64,000 nt of DNA from assembly GCA_965215125.1 (NCBI GenBank), contig OZ244052.1, positions 2,144,001 to 2,208,000 on the forward strand, in the 5' to 3' direction. Position 1 is the first letter of the stretch, and each line of letters starts with the position of its first letter. The translations under genes were made by a program, and so were the position numbers. Below are positions 52,672-63,683 of this stretch, in pieces. Under the pieces are notes generated by a model. That model did no database searches. It saw nothing but the letters and a program-made list of their open reading frames with translations, and was not told the DNA's origin. Origin of the DNA: an uncultured candidatus Porisulfidus sp. (lineage in GTDB: Bacteria; Pseudomonadota; Gammaproteobacteria; Poriferisulfidales; Oxydemutatoraceae).

Positions 52672-55172
52672 AAAAAATAATTTGGCAAGGCTATGAATTT
52701 CTGATATTCAGAAAACCGGTCATTGCGTTGTTTGTCTCGCTCGCTTTAATTGCTTGGCTTGTGAGCCATTTAGACAATTTTAGAGTAGACGCTTCGGCGG
52801 ATTCGCTGGTTTTAGAAAGCGACGAAGATCTCAAATACTACCGCGAACTAATCAAACGCTACGGGGCGGATAATTTCTTCGCCATCACATACCGACCTAT
52901 TCACCCACGACAATTATTCGAGAAGGAAACACTTGAAGAGATGCGCCGCTTTGCCGACGATATCGCAGGTGTCTCCGGTATCAAGCGCGTACTGTCTCTA
53001 CTCGATGTGCCGTTATTGCAAAGCCCGCCGATCGGTTTAAGCGAAATATCGGAGAATACCAAAACCATAGAAAGTGAAGGTGTGGACTTGGAATTAGCTC
53101 AGCGTGAATTCCGGCATAGTCCTTTATACAAAAACTTACTACTCAGCTCCGACGGTAACACGGCAATGTTGCTGGCGTATCTGGAAGCCGATACGACTTA
53201 TAAGCGATTACTGGCAGAGCGCGAACGATTACGAGAGCTCAAACACAGCGGCGGTGATTATTCCGAGCAAGCACTTGCCGATGCAGAACGCGCGTTCAAG
53301 GACTATCAGGTCGTACATACCCGAAACGAACGCAACATGACTATGGAAATCCGCGAGGTAATCACACGCTATCAACAAAATAACGCTATATTTTTAGGTG
53401 GTCTACCGATGATTATTACCGATATGATTACGATGGTGTATAACGACATAATCGTCTTCGGCACTGCCATTATCATATTTTTAATCGTTTTACTCGGTGT
53501 TATTTTCCGAAGCATACGCTGGATCAGCATTGCAATGATGTGCTCGATGCTGTCTGCCGTTGCCACGATGGGTGTTTTGGCCCTGCTGGATCAACGGGTT
53601 ACCGTAATCTCGTCTAATTTTGCCTCTTTATTGATGATTATTGCAATGTCCATGGTGATGCACCTGATAGTGCGTTTCCGAGAGTTACAAGCCAAGCAAC
53701 CTCAGACCGGTGTTCTAGGACTAAGCAAACAAACCGTGCGATTTATGTATATCCCGTGTCTATACGCGGCATTGACGACTATGGTTGCATTCGTTTCACT
53801 GTTGGTGAGCGGTATACGCCCGGTGATTGATTTCGGTTATATTATGACTATCGGTATCGTACTATTGTTCGTTATAGTATTTACCCTATTCCCTAGCTTC
53901 ATATGCTTGACTAAAAGAAGCAAGGAATATACCGAAAAAGACTTCACTTATAAAATAACCAATACTTTTTCAAACTTAAGCCGCAAATACCATCATCCGA
54001 TAATTTTAATCTCGGCACTGTTGGCAATCGTCGGTGCCGTCGGTATGAGCCGTTTGGAAGTAGAGAATCGCTTCATAGACTATTTTGATAAAGATACCGA
54101 AATCTATAAGGGGATGTTAGAAATAGATAGAAAACTAGGCGGCACCACACCGTTTGATGTGATACTCACTGCGCCCGAAACCACGGTTGTACAAGAGGAA
54201 TCACCGCCGATTGGCATGGAAGACGATATAGATTTATTGCTTGAGGAGGATTTTCTTGCCGATTATCTAGGTCAAGAGCAAGGCCTTGAGAACTACTGGA
54301 TTAGTCCTGTAAAACTTCAGGAAATCAAAAGAATACACGATTATTTTGATAAAAAGCCAGAGGTGGGAAAAGTACTGTCTTTAGCAACGTTGGCTGAACT
54401 TGTAGAGATATTGAACGACGGCGAGCCGCTCAACGATTTTGAAGTTGCCTTTATTAGTAAATTACTTCCGGAAGATATTAAAAAAGTACTATATTCGCCC
54501 TATATATCCGAAGACGGTAACGAAGTGCGCATCAGCATGCGCGTCATTGATTCTGATAAAGACCTGAAGCGCAAAGAATTGATCGAGCAATCCAGGCAGC
54601 AATTACTTGATTTCGGTTATAGCGAAGACCAATTCAGACTTTCGGGTATGCTGGTGCTGTATAACAATATGCTACAAAGTTTATATCAATCGCAGATTTT
54701 AACTTTGGGAACCGTCCTCATCGTGATATTCCTGATGTTTTTGCTGTTATTCAGGTCTATGTTGCTTGCGATTATTGCGATTATTCCGAATGCACTTTCT
54801 GCATCGGTCGTTTTAGGTTTAATGGGATGGTCGGGCATACCGCTCGATTTGATGACTATTACGCTCGCAGCAATCAGTATCGGCATATCGGTAGACAACA
54901 CCATTCATTATATCGTTCGTTTCAAACGCGAATATGCCCGTGATCGCGATTATAAAGAGACGGTCAAACGGTGCCACAACAGCATCGGTCGAGCGATGTA
55001 TTATACTTCGGTTACAATTATCGCAGGCTTCTCTATTCTGGCACTATCCAATTTTATTCCGACAATTTACTTCGGTTTACTTACCGGGCTTGCGATGTTG
55101 ATCGCATTGCTGGGTGCGCTGACATTGCTACCTTCGCTACTGATGAGCTTCAAACCGATGGGAGAGCACTAA
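52668..55172 (+). CDS. MMPL/RND-superfamily membrane transporter
   Basis: Two repeats of 1 TM, large loop, 5 TMs; GISVDNTIHY motif. Confidence 0.88.
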   Translation: MKKIIWQGYEFLIFRKPVIALFVSLALIAWLVSHLDNFRVDASADSLVLESDEDLKYYRELIKRYGADNFFAITYRPIHPRQLFEKETLEEMRRFADDIAGVSGIKRVLSLLDVPLLQSPPIGLSEISENTKTIESEGVDLELAQREFRHSPLYKNLLLSSDGNTAMLLAYLEADTTYKRLLAERERLRELKHSGGDYSEQALADAERAFKDYQVVHTRNERNMTMEIREVITRYQQNNAIFLGGLPMIITDMITMVYNDIIVFGTAIIIFLIVLLGVIFRSIRWISIAMMCSMLSAVATMGVLALLDQRVTVISSNFASLLMIIAMSMVMHLIVRFRELQAKQPQTGVLGLSKQTVRFMYIPCLYAALTTMVAFVSLLVSGIRPVIDFGYIMTIGIVLLFVIVFTLFPSFICLTKRSKEYTEKDFTYKITNTFSNLSRKYHHPIILISALLAIVGAVGMSRLEVENRFIDYFDKDTEIYKGMLEIDRKLGGTTPFDVILTAPETTVVQEESPPIGMEDDIDLLLEEDFLADYLGQEQGLENYWISPVKLQEIKRIHDYFDKKPEVGKVLSLATLAELVEILNDGEPLNDFEVAFISKLLPEDIKKVLYSPYISEDGNEVRISMRVIDSDKDLKRKELIEQSRQQLLDFGYSEDQFRLSGMLVLYNNMLQSLYQSQILTLGTVLIVIFLMFLLLFRSMLLAIIAIIPNALSASVVLGLMGWSGIPLDLMTITLAAISIGISVDNTIHYIVRFKREYARDRDYKETVKRCHNSIGRAMYYTSVTIIAGFSILALSNFIPTIYFGLLTGLAMLIALLGALTLLPSLLMSFKPMGEH

Positions 55173-55176
55173 ACAA

Positions 55177-56019
55177 ATGAAAAACTCACTACAGAGAACT
55201 TATGCAAGATTGTCGCCTACATTTTCGGTACAAGCGCAAGATCAGTATAACCAAAATCGTACGGTAAATGTTGCCGGTGAATCACCGTTGACCTTAATAG
55301 TGGACGGACAAGAAGTAGTAACCTTAATGACCTTAGGCACCTACCCCGAAGAACTGGCAATCGGTTATCTGCGTAATCAGCGGCTGGTCGAACATATAGA
55401 TCATATTGCATCGGTGGAGGTTGACTGGCAGAGAGAATCGGTTCATGTCAAACTCAGGGACGCTTATGCGATAAGCGATTGGCAGAACAAACTCTCCAAA
55501 CGCATCGTCACCAGCGGTTGCGGCCAAGGCACCGTCTTTAGCTGCACATTGGATAAGTTATACGATCAAAGACTGCCCGATGCGCAACTCAAACAATCGA
55601 CGATTTATTCACTACTCGGTGCGATTACGAAACGCAACGAGATTTATAAAGCCGCCGGTGCAGTACACGGCTGTGCTTTATGCGAAGGCGATAAGATTTT
55701 GGCGTTTGTAGAAGATGTGGGTAGACATAATGCAGCCGATGCAATTGCCGGTATGATGTGGCTAGACGAGATTAGCGGTGCCGATAAAATCTTTTATACT
55801 ACCGGTAGATTGACATCCGAGATAGTCATGAAAGCTGCGCACATGAGTATACCTATCTTATTATCTAGATCGGGTATCACACAAATGGGTCTACAGCTGG
55901 CGGAAGACTTGAATGTGATGATGATTGCACGAGCCAAAGGTAAAGCCTTTTTGGTTTACCACAAGCACGAACAGATAATTTATGACATACCCCCTACTCC
56001 ACCCGATAGTGCTTGTTAA
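55177..56019 (+). CDS. fdhD: Formate dehydrogenase accessory sulfurtransferase
   Basis: TSGCG, GAVHGCAL, EDVGRHNA.D, TGRLTSE. Confidence 0.92.
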   Translation: MKNSLQRTYARLSPTFSVQAQDQYNQNRTVNVAGESPLTLIVDGQEVVTLMTLGTYPEELAIGYLRNQRLVEHIDHIASVEVDWQRESVHVKLRDAYAISDWQNKLSKRIVTSGCGQGTVFSCTLDKLYDQRLPDAQLKQSTIYSLLGAITKRNEIYKAAGAVHGCALCEGDKILAFVEDVGRHNAADAIAGMMWLDEISGADKIFYTTGRLTSEIVMKAAHMSIPILLSRSGITQMGLQLAEDLNVMMIARAKGKAFLVYHKHEQIIYDIPPTPPDSAC

Positions 56020-56597
56020 TCCAAATCATTGACTAGAGAAGCACGAGTCTCGGGGGAAGCAGTCGACCTTGCTCGGTAATGCGGATGTTCAACGACGAAA
56101 AGGATATCCGCTCCGGCCTTAACCACTTTTACCATCTCCGAAGTCAATTCAAAGCGTAAAAAATGAACCGCAGAGGTTTTATCCGTAGTTTCACGATCTA
56201 AGTCCTCGTTTGCAATGGGGTATATTTTTTCTAAATCACCTATTTTTATATAGAGCTCGCATTCTATGCCGATGAGTTCTTGCAGACGCTTTGTTCGCTC
56301 TTCGGGGTCTTTATACTCTATCATCATTGTAGCTTTCCAATTACTGCCGTCGGGGATGAGTGGATTATAAGTAGCGAGTTCCTCTGCTATATCGTCGAAA
56401 GAGAATATCTTTTCCGCTCGCAATATTTCTTGTATTTGATAATGCATCGTTCGGCGATCCTCAAAATATAAACCTAGATGTTCTCCTATATGCACGGTAC
56501 GCGGCATCTTATGCTTTATCACTTGAGAGCGCATCTCGCCGCGTTTTTCATCGTACTCTTCCAACGTATATAAATCCGAATGTTTTAGCTTTTCCAT
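56016..56597 (-). CDS. DUF3501 family protein
   Basis: FEDRRTMHYQIQE, YNPLIPDG, KTSAVHFLRF; third gene of the rubrerythrin cluster. Confidence 0.85.
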   Translation of the reverse strand: MEKLKHSDLYTLEEYDEKRGEMRSQVIKHKMPRTVHIGEHLGLYFEDRRTMHYQIQEILRAEKIFSFDDIAEELATYNPLIPDGSNWKATMMIEYKDPEERTKRLQELIGIECELYIKIGDLEKIYPIANEDLDRETTDKTSAVHFLRFELTSEMVKVVKAGADILFVVEHPHYRARSTASPETRASLVNDLD

Positions 56598-56611
56598 ATC
56601 ATAAACTCTTT

Positions 56612-57940
56612 CTATATTCCGTAGGCTTCTCGAAGTAGGCTAAACGGATGCCTTACCGAAATTTCTTTGTTTGCAATATCCGCTATATGGTGACCTGCCA
56701 ATACACAGTCACTCACCAAATAATCGACTTCCATTTTTTCCGCACGCTTGGCTATAGGTGAGGCAATTTTTATTGCCGCTGCCCGTGTTTCCGAGCGCAC
56801 ACCGTATACGCCGTCGTGCCCCGAGCAACGTTCGACAACCTCTAGTTGATTTATAGGCATTAATTCAAGCAGTTCTCGTGTTTTAGCACCGATATTTTGT
56901 ACTCGTTGATGACAAGCGACATGATAAATCACCTTTCCCAGTTTGGTTTCAAACTTGGTATTGAGGGAATTTTGTTTATGTTTGAGCATCAAGTATTCGC
57001 AGGGATCAAAAATATGTTCCTGTAGTTTTTTAAGCGTTTGATCTTCGGGAAACATCAACGGCAATTCTTTTCTAAACATCAAATTACATGACGGTATCGG
57101 CGCAACAAAATTATAACCGGCATCCAGATACGGCACTAACCGTGCGACATTCTTTTGTTTTAGTTCGGTAACTTGCTTCAAATCTCCTATTTCGAGTTTC
57201 GGCATACCACAACATACGGTATCTTTAATCGGCGCACATTCGATTTCATTATGGTTGAATATTACCATCATATCGGAGATTAAATTCGGATCGTTGTAAT
57301 TGCCGTAGCATGTAATAAATAATGCGACTTTATCGACTTTTTGTTTATTCGGAGTTTGCCGTAATTTTGCAAATCGCTTGTTCGCGGTATCACTATGATA
57401 TTGTGGCAGGCGAGCTTCGGCGTCTACACCCAATAATGATTCGATACGCTTGCGAGTAAATTTATTTGCAAGCATCGCATTTACGGTTTGGTTGATGACC
57501 GGAATTGATGCGATCTTGCCGATTACATCGGTAGCACTCAGTAGGCGGTCGCGTTTCGTAGTCTCTCCTTTTTTGAATTTAATCGCTTTGGCACGTAGCA
57601 TAAGATGAGGAAAGTCTATATTCCATTCGTGCGGTGGTACATACGGACATTTACTCATAAAGCACATATCGCATAGATAGCAATGATCCACGACTTTGCC
57701 GTAGTCGTGTTTATCTACGCCGTCTACTTCCAACGTCGAGGATTCATCTATTAAATCGAATAAAGTCGGAAAGGCTTTGCATAAATTAACGCAACGACGG
57801 CATCCGTGACACACATCGAATACTCGCTCCATTTCTTTATGGAGTTTGCTTTCGTCGTAATAATTGTTTTCACACCAATCTATGGGATGGCGGATTGGTG
57901 CATCAAGCCCGCCCTCGATATTGGTTGTTTCTTTATTCAT
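56612..57940 (-). CDS. Rubrerythrin-associated Fe-S oxidoreductase (GlpC/HdrD-like)
   Basis: CHGCRRCVNLC, CYLCDMC...C, CCGMP, CSGHDG. Confidence 0.88.
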   Translation of the reverse strand: MNKETTNIEGGLDAPIRHPIDWCENNYYDESKLHKEMERVFDVCHGCRRCVNLCKAFPTLFDLIDESSTLEVDGVDKHDYGKVVDHCYLCDMCFMSKCPYVPPHEWNIDFPHLMLRAKAIKFKKGETTKRDRLLSATDVIGKIASIPVINQTVNAMLANKFTRKRIESLLGVDAEARLPQYHSDTANKRFAKLRQTPNKQKVDKVALFITCYGNYNDPNLISDMMVIFNHNEIECAPIKDTVCCGMPKLEIGDLKQVTELKQKNVARLVPYLDAGYNFVAPIPSCNLMFRKELPLMFPEDQTLKKLQEHIFDPCEYLMLKHKQNSLNTKFETKLGKVIYHVACHQRVQNIGAKTRELLELMPINQLEVVERCSGHDGVYGVRSETRAAAIKIASPIAKRAEKMEVDYLVSDCVLAGHHIADIANKEISVRHPFSLLREAYGI

Positions 57941-58031
57941 ATAGAATAGTCGATCACTTATTCCACATTATAAGGGGTTGAATATGAGGTAATAGAACCG
58001 ATAACAATATCTTCGGTTCTCTTATAACGAA

Positions 58032-58451
58032 TTAATTATTCAGTGTGTCTAGAGCTTTTCGAAAACGGTTTGCATGCGAGCGTTCCGCTTTGGCCAGGGT
58101 TTCAAACCAATCTGCGATTTCATCAAAACCCTCGTCGCGTGCCGTCTTAGCCATACCCGGATACATATCGGTATATTCGTGTGTTTCACTTGCAATAGCC
58201 GCTTTTAGGTTAGCACTGGTATCACCTATGGGTTCACCGGTTGCAGGATCACCGCACTCTTCCAAGTATTCCAGATGGCCGTGTGCATGGCCGGTCTCCC
58301 CTTCTGCGGTAGAACGAAAAACTGCGGATACGTCGTTATAACCTTCAATATCAGCTTTGGCGGCAAAATATAGATAACGTCTATTTGCTTGCGATTCGCA
58401 GGCGAATGCTGCTTTTAGGTTTTCTTCTGTTTGACTGCCTTTTAAGTTCAT
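58032..58451 (-). CDS. Rubrerythrin (short form, no rubredoxin domain)
   Basis: [36 protein letters not shown]. Confidence 0.95.
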   Translation of the reverse strand: MNLKGSQTEENLKAAFACESQANRRYLYFAAKADIEGYNDVSAVFRSTAEGETGHAHGHLEYLEECGDPATGEPIGDTSANLKAAIASETHEYTDMYPGMAKTARDEGFDEIADWFETLAKAERSHANRFRKALDTLNN

Positions 58452-58563
58452 AATTTCTCCTAATTGAGTTTAATCTGAAACTGATGGGAATATATTATAG
58501 TCTATTATCTAAATTGCAATATAATAATTAGGCAAACATTTATACCGTTTTAATAATTTTACC

Positions 58564-58821
58564 ATGAAAAAAGGCAACACACAGACTAAAAAATTAAACT
58601 TTGAAAATACACTTTCAAAATTAGAAAATATTATTCAACAAATGGAAGAGGGTGGACAACCACTAGAGAAAATGTTGGATCAATTTGAAGAGGGCACGAA
58701 GCTAGTCGAGCAATGTCGTAAAGCACTAGACGAGGCAGAACTGCGAGTGAGTTCATTAATGAAAGAGCAATCCGAAGAAAGGCTAAAGAATTTTGACGAA
58801 AACAATAGCTCCGGAAACTGA
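58564..58821 (+). CDS. xseB: Exodeoxyribonuclease VII small subunit
   Basis: FE..L..LE.I...ME.G...LE.....FEEG..L...C...L..AE; xseB-ispA-dxs order. Confidence 0.93.
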   Translation: MKKGNTQTKKLNFENTLSKLENIIQQMEEGGQPLEKMLDQFEEGTKLVEQCRKALDEAELRVSSLMKEQSEERLKNFDENNSSGN

Positions 58822-59683
58822 ATATTCTGCCGAAGCATTTTTAGAACAGTGCGCCGCACGCGTAATCCGTGAGATACAAACTAATACCGCTGCATACCAA
58901 AATAAACCACTAGTAGATGTAATTCACTATGCAAGTTTGTCAAACGGCAAACGCGTACGACCGGGACTGGTTTATGCAACGGCACTTGCTCTAGACTTTG
59001 AATTTGATTTGGTAGATCCAATCGCATGTGCAATAGAATTGATTCACTGCTATTCGCTCACGCACGACGATTTACCGGCTATGGATGACGATGATATACG
59101 GCGAGGTAAGCCTGCTTGTCATAAGGCTTTCGGAGAAGCCGAAGCGATATTAGCCGGTAATGCCATGCAAGCACTTGCTTTTGAATGTTTGGCCGATGCG
59201 AAACAGCTTTCAGATGCCAACAAACTTAGAGCTATTCGTATGTTGGCATCGGCAGCGGGTTTAGCGGGAATGGCAAGCGGACAAGCGATGGATATCAAAG
59301 GTATGGATAGTAAAGTTGATGCAATTTATTTAGAAAAAACGCATAGATTAAAAACCGGTAGCTTGATGAATACTTGTATCACCATACCCCTGGCGTGTAA
59401 AGATAATTATCCCGATCCCATGTATCGCTCGCTGGCGGCTTTTGCATCCGATATCGGATTATGCTTTCAGATACGAGACGATATTTTAGATGCTTGCGAA
59501 CAAACACAACAAACGAACCCTTCTAACGGCGAGATCGATTATCCGTCCATAATAGGTATGGAAGAAACTCAAAAATTATTAACAAAACTGTCCGATCGTT
59601 GCTTACATTATCTAGACTGTATCGATGAGAAAGCGGATACCCTGCGATCGCTTGCACGCTATATCACGACCAGGACCATTTAG
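58793..59683 (+). CDS. ispA: Farnesyl diphosphate synthase
   Basis: GKRVRP, HDDLPAMDDDDIRRG, GQAMD, FQIRDDILD. Confidence 0.94.
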   Translation: MTKTIAPETEYSAEAFLEQCAARVIREIQTNTAAYQNKPLVDVIHYASLSNGKRVRPGLVYATALALDFEFDLVDPIACAIELIHCYSLTHDDLPAMDDDDIRRGKPACHKAFGEAEAILAGNAMQALAFECLADAKQLSDANKLRAIRMLASAAGLAGMASGQAMDIKGMDSKVDAIYLEKTHRLKTGSLMNTCITIPLACKDNYPDPMYRSLAAFASDIGLCFQIRDDILDACEQTQQTNPSNGEIDYPSIIGMEETQKLLTKLSDRCLHYLDCIDEKADTLRSLARYITTRTI

Positions 59684-59686
59684 TAA

Positions 59687-61555
59687 ATGTCAGTCTCTAA
59701 AACACCTCTACTCGATCAAATTACGGTGCCGGCAGACTTGAGACTGCTATCTATGGAGCAATTGGATCAAGTATGCAAAGAATTAAGGACTTTCCTTATA
59801 GGTACCGTTGCCAACTGTGGTGGGCATTTTGCGGCCGGTTTAGGCGTGATAGAACTGACCGTTGCATTACATTATGTTTTCAAAACACCGAATGATTTAT
59901 TGGTGTGGGATGTGGGTCATCAGTGCTACCCGCATAAGATATTATGCGAGCGACGCAATCAAATCGATAAAATCCGAACCCGCGGCGGCTTAGCCCCCTT
60001 CCCCAAACGCTCGGAAAGCCACTACGATAGTTTCGGTGTCGGACATTCAAGCACCTCTATAGGTGCTGCGATAGGTATGGCGGCTGCTCAAAAATTGCTT
60101 GCTAAAAAAAACAAAATAGTCGCTATTATCGGAGACGGTGGCATGACTGCGGGGATGGCTTACGAAGCAATGAACCATATCGGTTCTTTAGGTTCGGATG
60201 TGCTAATAATCCTAAACGATAATGAAATGTCGATATCGCATAATGTCGGTGCACTCAGCAATTATTTAACGAGAATAATATCGAGTCCGCTTTATCTGAA
60301 CATAAAACAAAGCGGTAAAAAATTACTCAAGCCGATGCCGACCGTACAAAAATTAGCTAAAAATACCAAAGAGCATATCAAAGGCATGATAGTACCGGGT
60401 TCTTTCTTTGAAGAGTTAGGTATTAGCTATTACGGTCCTATAGACGGACATAATGTAAAGCAATTGGTACACAATTTAAACAACATCAAGAAAAAAGACT
60501 CCCCTCGCCTGCTTCATATCGTAACTCGCAAAGGTAAAGGCTATAAACGCGCAGAACAAAAGCCGGTGACATACCATGCGGTTTCCCCTTTTGACCCCGA
60601 TGTCGGATTGCAAAAAAATACCAAAGCCACGGCACTGAGTTATACGCAGGTATTTAGTCAATGGATCTGCGATATGGCGGCACAAGATAAACAACTCGTA
60701 GCAATCACACCGGCGATGCGAGAAGGGTCGGGCTTGGTTGAATTTCAAAAACGCTTTCCCGAACGTTATTTTGATGTCGGCATAGCCGAGCAGCATGCAC
60801 TCACTTTAGCCGCAGGCTTGGCTTGCGAAGGAATGAGGCCGATTGTTGCCATTTATTCCACTTTTCTGCAACGCGCGTACGATCAATTTATACACGATAT
60901 CGCAATACAGAATTTGCCGGTTATGTTGGCGATAGATCGCGCCGGTGTAGTCGGTCCCGACGGTCAAACACATGCCGGGAGTTTCGATCTGAGCTTTTTA
61001 CGATGTATTCCGAATACCGTGATTATGACGCCGAGTAACGAAAAAACGACACGTGCCCTACTCAATACCGCATATCACTATGATGGACCTTCGGCGGTGA
61101 GATATCCTCGCGGTGTCGGTAGCGGTGTTTTGCCCGATGATTCTTTGCAACCGATGCCTATTGCGAAAGCGGAAATTATCAAATGTGGAAAAAACATCGC
61201 GATACTCGGTTTTGGAAGCCCGACGAGCACGGCGATCGAACTCACCGATAAACTAAACGCCACCCTTATCGATATGCGATTTGTCAAGCCGTTGGATCAA
61301 GATCTGTTGACCGAAGTTGCTAAATCTCATTCTTATTTAGTGACTCTGGAAGACAATGCTCGCCTGGGTGGTGCCGGTAGTGCAGTCTTGGAATTTTTAA
61401 GCCTAAATAAGATTCAAACTCGCGTATTAACTTTAGGGCTACCTGATTATTTTCAGGATCACGGGACACGCGGAGAATTGTTAGCGGAAGCGGGATTGGA
61501 CATTGAAAGTATGGAAAAAAGCATAAGGCAGTTTATCGGAAACGATATAAACTAA
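59687..61555 (+). CDS. dxs: 1-deoxy-D-xylulose-5-phosphate synthase
   Basis: WDVGHQ.YPHK, GHSSTSI, GDGGMTAGMA, DVGIAEQHA, YSTFLQRAYDQ. Confidence 0.98.
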   Translation: MSVSKTPLLDQITVPADLRLLSMEQLDQVCKELRTFLIGTVANCGGHFAAGLGVIELTVALHYVFKTPNDLLVWDVGHQCYPHKILCERRNQIDKIRTRGGLAPFPKRSESHYDSFGVGHSSTSIGAAIGMAAAQKLLAKKNKIVAIIGDGGMTAGMAYEAMNHIGSLGSDVLIILNDNEMSISHNVGALSNYLTRIISSPLYLNIKQSGKKLLKPMPTVQKLAKNTKEHIKGMIVPGSFFEELGISYYGPIDGHNVKQLVHNLNNIKKKDSPRLLHIVTRKGKGYKRAEQKPVTYHAVSPFDPDVGLQKNTKATALSYTQVFSQWICDMAAQDKQLVAITPAMREGSGLVEFQKRFPERYFDVGIAEQHALTLAAGLACEGMRPIVAIYSTFLQRAYDQFIHDIAIQNLPVMLAIDRAGVVGPDGQTHAGSFDLSFLRCIPNTVIMTPSNEKTTRALLNTAYHYDGPSAVRYPRGVGSGVLPDDSLQPMPIAKAEIIKCGKNIAILGFGSPTSTAIELTDKLNATLIDMRFVKPLDQDLLTEVAKSHSYLVTLEDNARLGGAGSAVLEFLSLNKIQTRVLTLGLPDYFQDHGTRGELLAEAGLDIESMEKSIRQFIGNDIN

Positions 61556-61565
61556 AACAGTCGTT

Positions 61566-62453
61566 TCAAAAATCCTCGGACTCTACTAAGGACTTCAGAT
61601 AGGCCTTAAAATTTTTCTTAATTTCTTTATGCTTCAACGCTAAATCTACATTAGCTTGCAAATAACCTAATTTACTACCGCAATCGTAGCGTTTTCCTTT
61701 ACAAAGAACGGCGTGCAGGGGTTCGTATTGCATTTGCAAAGCGATTGCGTCGGTTAATTGTATCTCTTCACCGACGCCCATGGGTGTTTGTTTTATATAC
61801 TTAAAAATACTGGGGCTTAATATGTAACGACCTATAATCCCGAGATTACTCGGTGTGTCTTGGGGATTAGGTTTTTCTACAAGGCGATCAACTTTCCAAA
61901 CACCCTCTTCAATTTCTTTCCCTTCTATAATACCGTAATTACTAACTTGGTTGTGCGGTAATTCTTCGACCATAACTATATTTCCCGAGTATTCCTCATG
62001 ATACTCCAGCATTTGCTTTATTGAATTATTGGCACCGTTAACAATCAGATCGTCCGCCAGGACGACGGCAAAAGGCTCTCTTTCGGTTGTAGCCCTTGCA
62101 CAGAATACTGCATTTCCCAAGCCACTGGGTTCTTTTTGCCTAATATTTATGCAATTAGCACCCAGTGGGATGATATCGTGAATTTGTTTTAATAATTGAT
62201 GCTTTCCTTTGTTTAGTAGGATCTGCTCTAGTTCCGGCGCGCTATCAAAATGATCTTCTATTGCGCGTTTGTTTCTGCCGTTTATAAAAATAAGGTTGGT
62301 AATGCCCGCTTTCACCGCATCTTCGACTGCGTATTGGATAAGTGGCTTGTCTACTATAGGTAACATTTCTTTGGGGTTTACTTTGGTGGCAGGTATAAAG
62401 CGAGTACCTAAGCCTGCCACCGGAAATATTGCTTTGCGTATTTTTTTTGCCAT
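61566..62453 (-). CDS. galU: UTP-glucose-1-phosphate uridylyltransferase
   Basis: PVAGLGTRFIPATK..PKEMLP, VEKP, EIQLTDAI, YDCGSKLGY. Confidence 0.97.
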   Translation of the reverse strand: MAKKIRKAIFPVAGLGTRFIPATKVNPKEMLPIVDKPLIQYAVEDAVKAGITNLIFINGRNKRAIEDHFDSAPELEQILLNKGKHQLLKQIHDIIPLGANCINIRQKEPSGLGNAVFCARATTEREPFAVVLADDLIVNGANNSIKQMLEYHEEYSGNIVMVEELPHNQVSNYGIIEGKEIEEGVWKVDRLVEKPNPQDTPSNLGIIGRYILSPSIFKYIKQTPMGVGEEIQLTDAIALQMQYEPLHAVLCKGKRYDCGSKLGYLQANVDLALKHKEIKKNFKAYLKSLVESEDF

Positions 62454-62525
62454 TGAAATTTATATAACATACTCTACATGGCGTATAATAATAGCATAAG
62501 TAATTCCGCTTCAGAGAACAAATAA

Positions 62526-63659
62526 ATGCTACAACAAGAAGGAAAATATCTATACTTTGCCTATAATATCTACGCCGGTTTGGATGACCAAATCACTATT
62601 CTAGAGTTGATGATAACGGCAGCATTATCTTTGCAAAGAATTCTTATTGTCAAAGACACCGAAACCGCTTATCAACATAGAACAAGCAAGAAATATATTC
62701 CCTTTGATTGGGCTCGTTATGTTGATTTAGCACAAACAAAAATAGCGGAGATAATGGCCGACGGAAGCATTAAAGAAATCAAATCTACTTTTTGTTGGGT
62801 CTATGAAAAAGATTTTAATTTCAAAGAGTATGCTTCGGAACAGATACATTATATAGATGGTGATCGATTATACGACTCGGAAAACGAACACTACTCGGTG
62901 CTTTATGTTTCAAAGATCCAAATAGCAAGGACTAAAAGAAATAGGGAAACTCTAAAGGCTCAAGGCATAACAATTGCCTGGTATTACGATCTTATATATA
63001 AGGCAGCCTATCATGTATCGTTATCGCCCTCCTCTAGAGTAGATGAACTAAGCGATAGGGTGCTGAAGCAATTCGGTACCGATAGGCAAAGTAGCAACTA
63101 CATCCAGACGGTCATCAATTTCAAGACCAGACTCAAAAGACACGACTTCCAGTTAAACTATTATATTTGTATGCATATCAGAGCTCAAGACAAAGCATTA
63201 CTCGACAAAAACCATTATTATGCAATGCAAAAAAAACAAATAGAATATATCGTTAAAACGGTTAGCAATATGCATCGTAATATACCTATTTATATTATGT
63301 CGGATATAGGGGTAGTAAGTTATTTCGATTTTTTGAAGCCTAAATATAAAATATATACTTATCAAGATTTCCCCGTCTTGAAAGAACTGTTTGATTCAGA
63401 AGAAAATCCTGTGGATCATAATTTACTCTACGCCGTAGAAAAAAATATTATGAAATACGCTTTGGTTAAAATTTTCTCGCCCGGTAGAAATAGACTAAGA
63501 TTGGATACCGATGCTTCTTATGAAATTCCAGCGCATATCAGTCAGTCCTTCGATGCTTCCTTCATAAAACGTATGATAAAGTATAAAGCTACATCGTATA
63601 TGAATACATTAGATAAGGTAATTATAAAACTGAAGAGTAGATTCCGCAGGCAGATATAA
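62526..63659 (+). CDS. Putative O-fucosyltransferase-like glycosyltransferase
   Basis: AGLDDQ...AALSLQRILIV, YICMHIRAQD, IYIMSD and YAVEKNIM resemble the GxxNQ...A..L.R.LV, HxRxxD and (V/I)YIATD motifs. Confidence 0.55.
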   Translation: MLQQEGKYLYFAYNIYAGLDDQITILELMITAALSLQRILIVKDTETAYQHRTSKKYIPFDWARYVDLAQTKIAEIMADGSIKEIKSTFCWVYEKDFNFKEYASEQIHYIDGDRLYDSENEHYSVLYVSKIQIARTKRNRETLKAQGITIAWYYDLIYKAAYHVSLSPSSRVDELSDRVLKQFGTDRQSSNYIQTVINFKTRLKRHDFQLNYYICMHIRAQDKALLDKNHYYAMQKKQIEYIVKTVSNMHRNIPIYIMSDIGVVSYFDFLKPKYKIYTYQDFPVLKELFDSEENPVDHNLLYAVEKNIMKYALVKIFSPGRNRLRLDTDASYEIPAHISQSFDASFIKRMIKYKATSYMNTLDKVIIKLKSRFRRQI

Positions 63660-63683
63660 AACGGCTAAATAAATTACAGTTCA

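Noticed and set aside
56016-58451. Rubrerythrin / Fe-S oxidoreductase / DUF3501 cluster as a new system
   Set aside because: This three-gene association is already described for short aerobic-type rubrerythrins
58490-58530. PerR/Irr/Fur-like operator upstream of rubrerythrin
   Set aside because: AT-rich with only imperfect symmetry; cannot be distinguished from background
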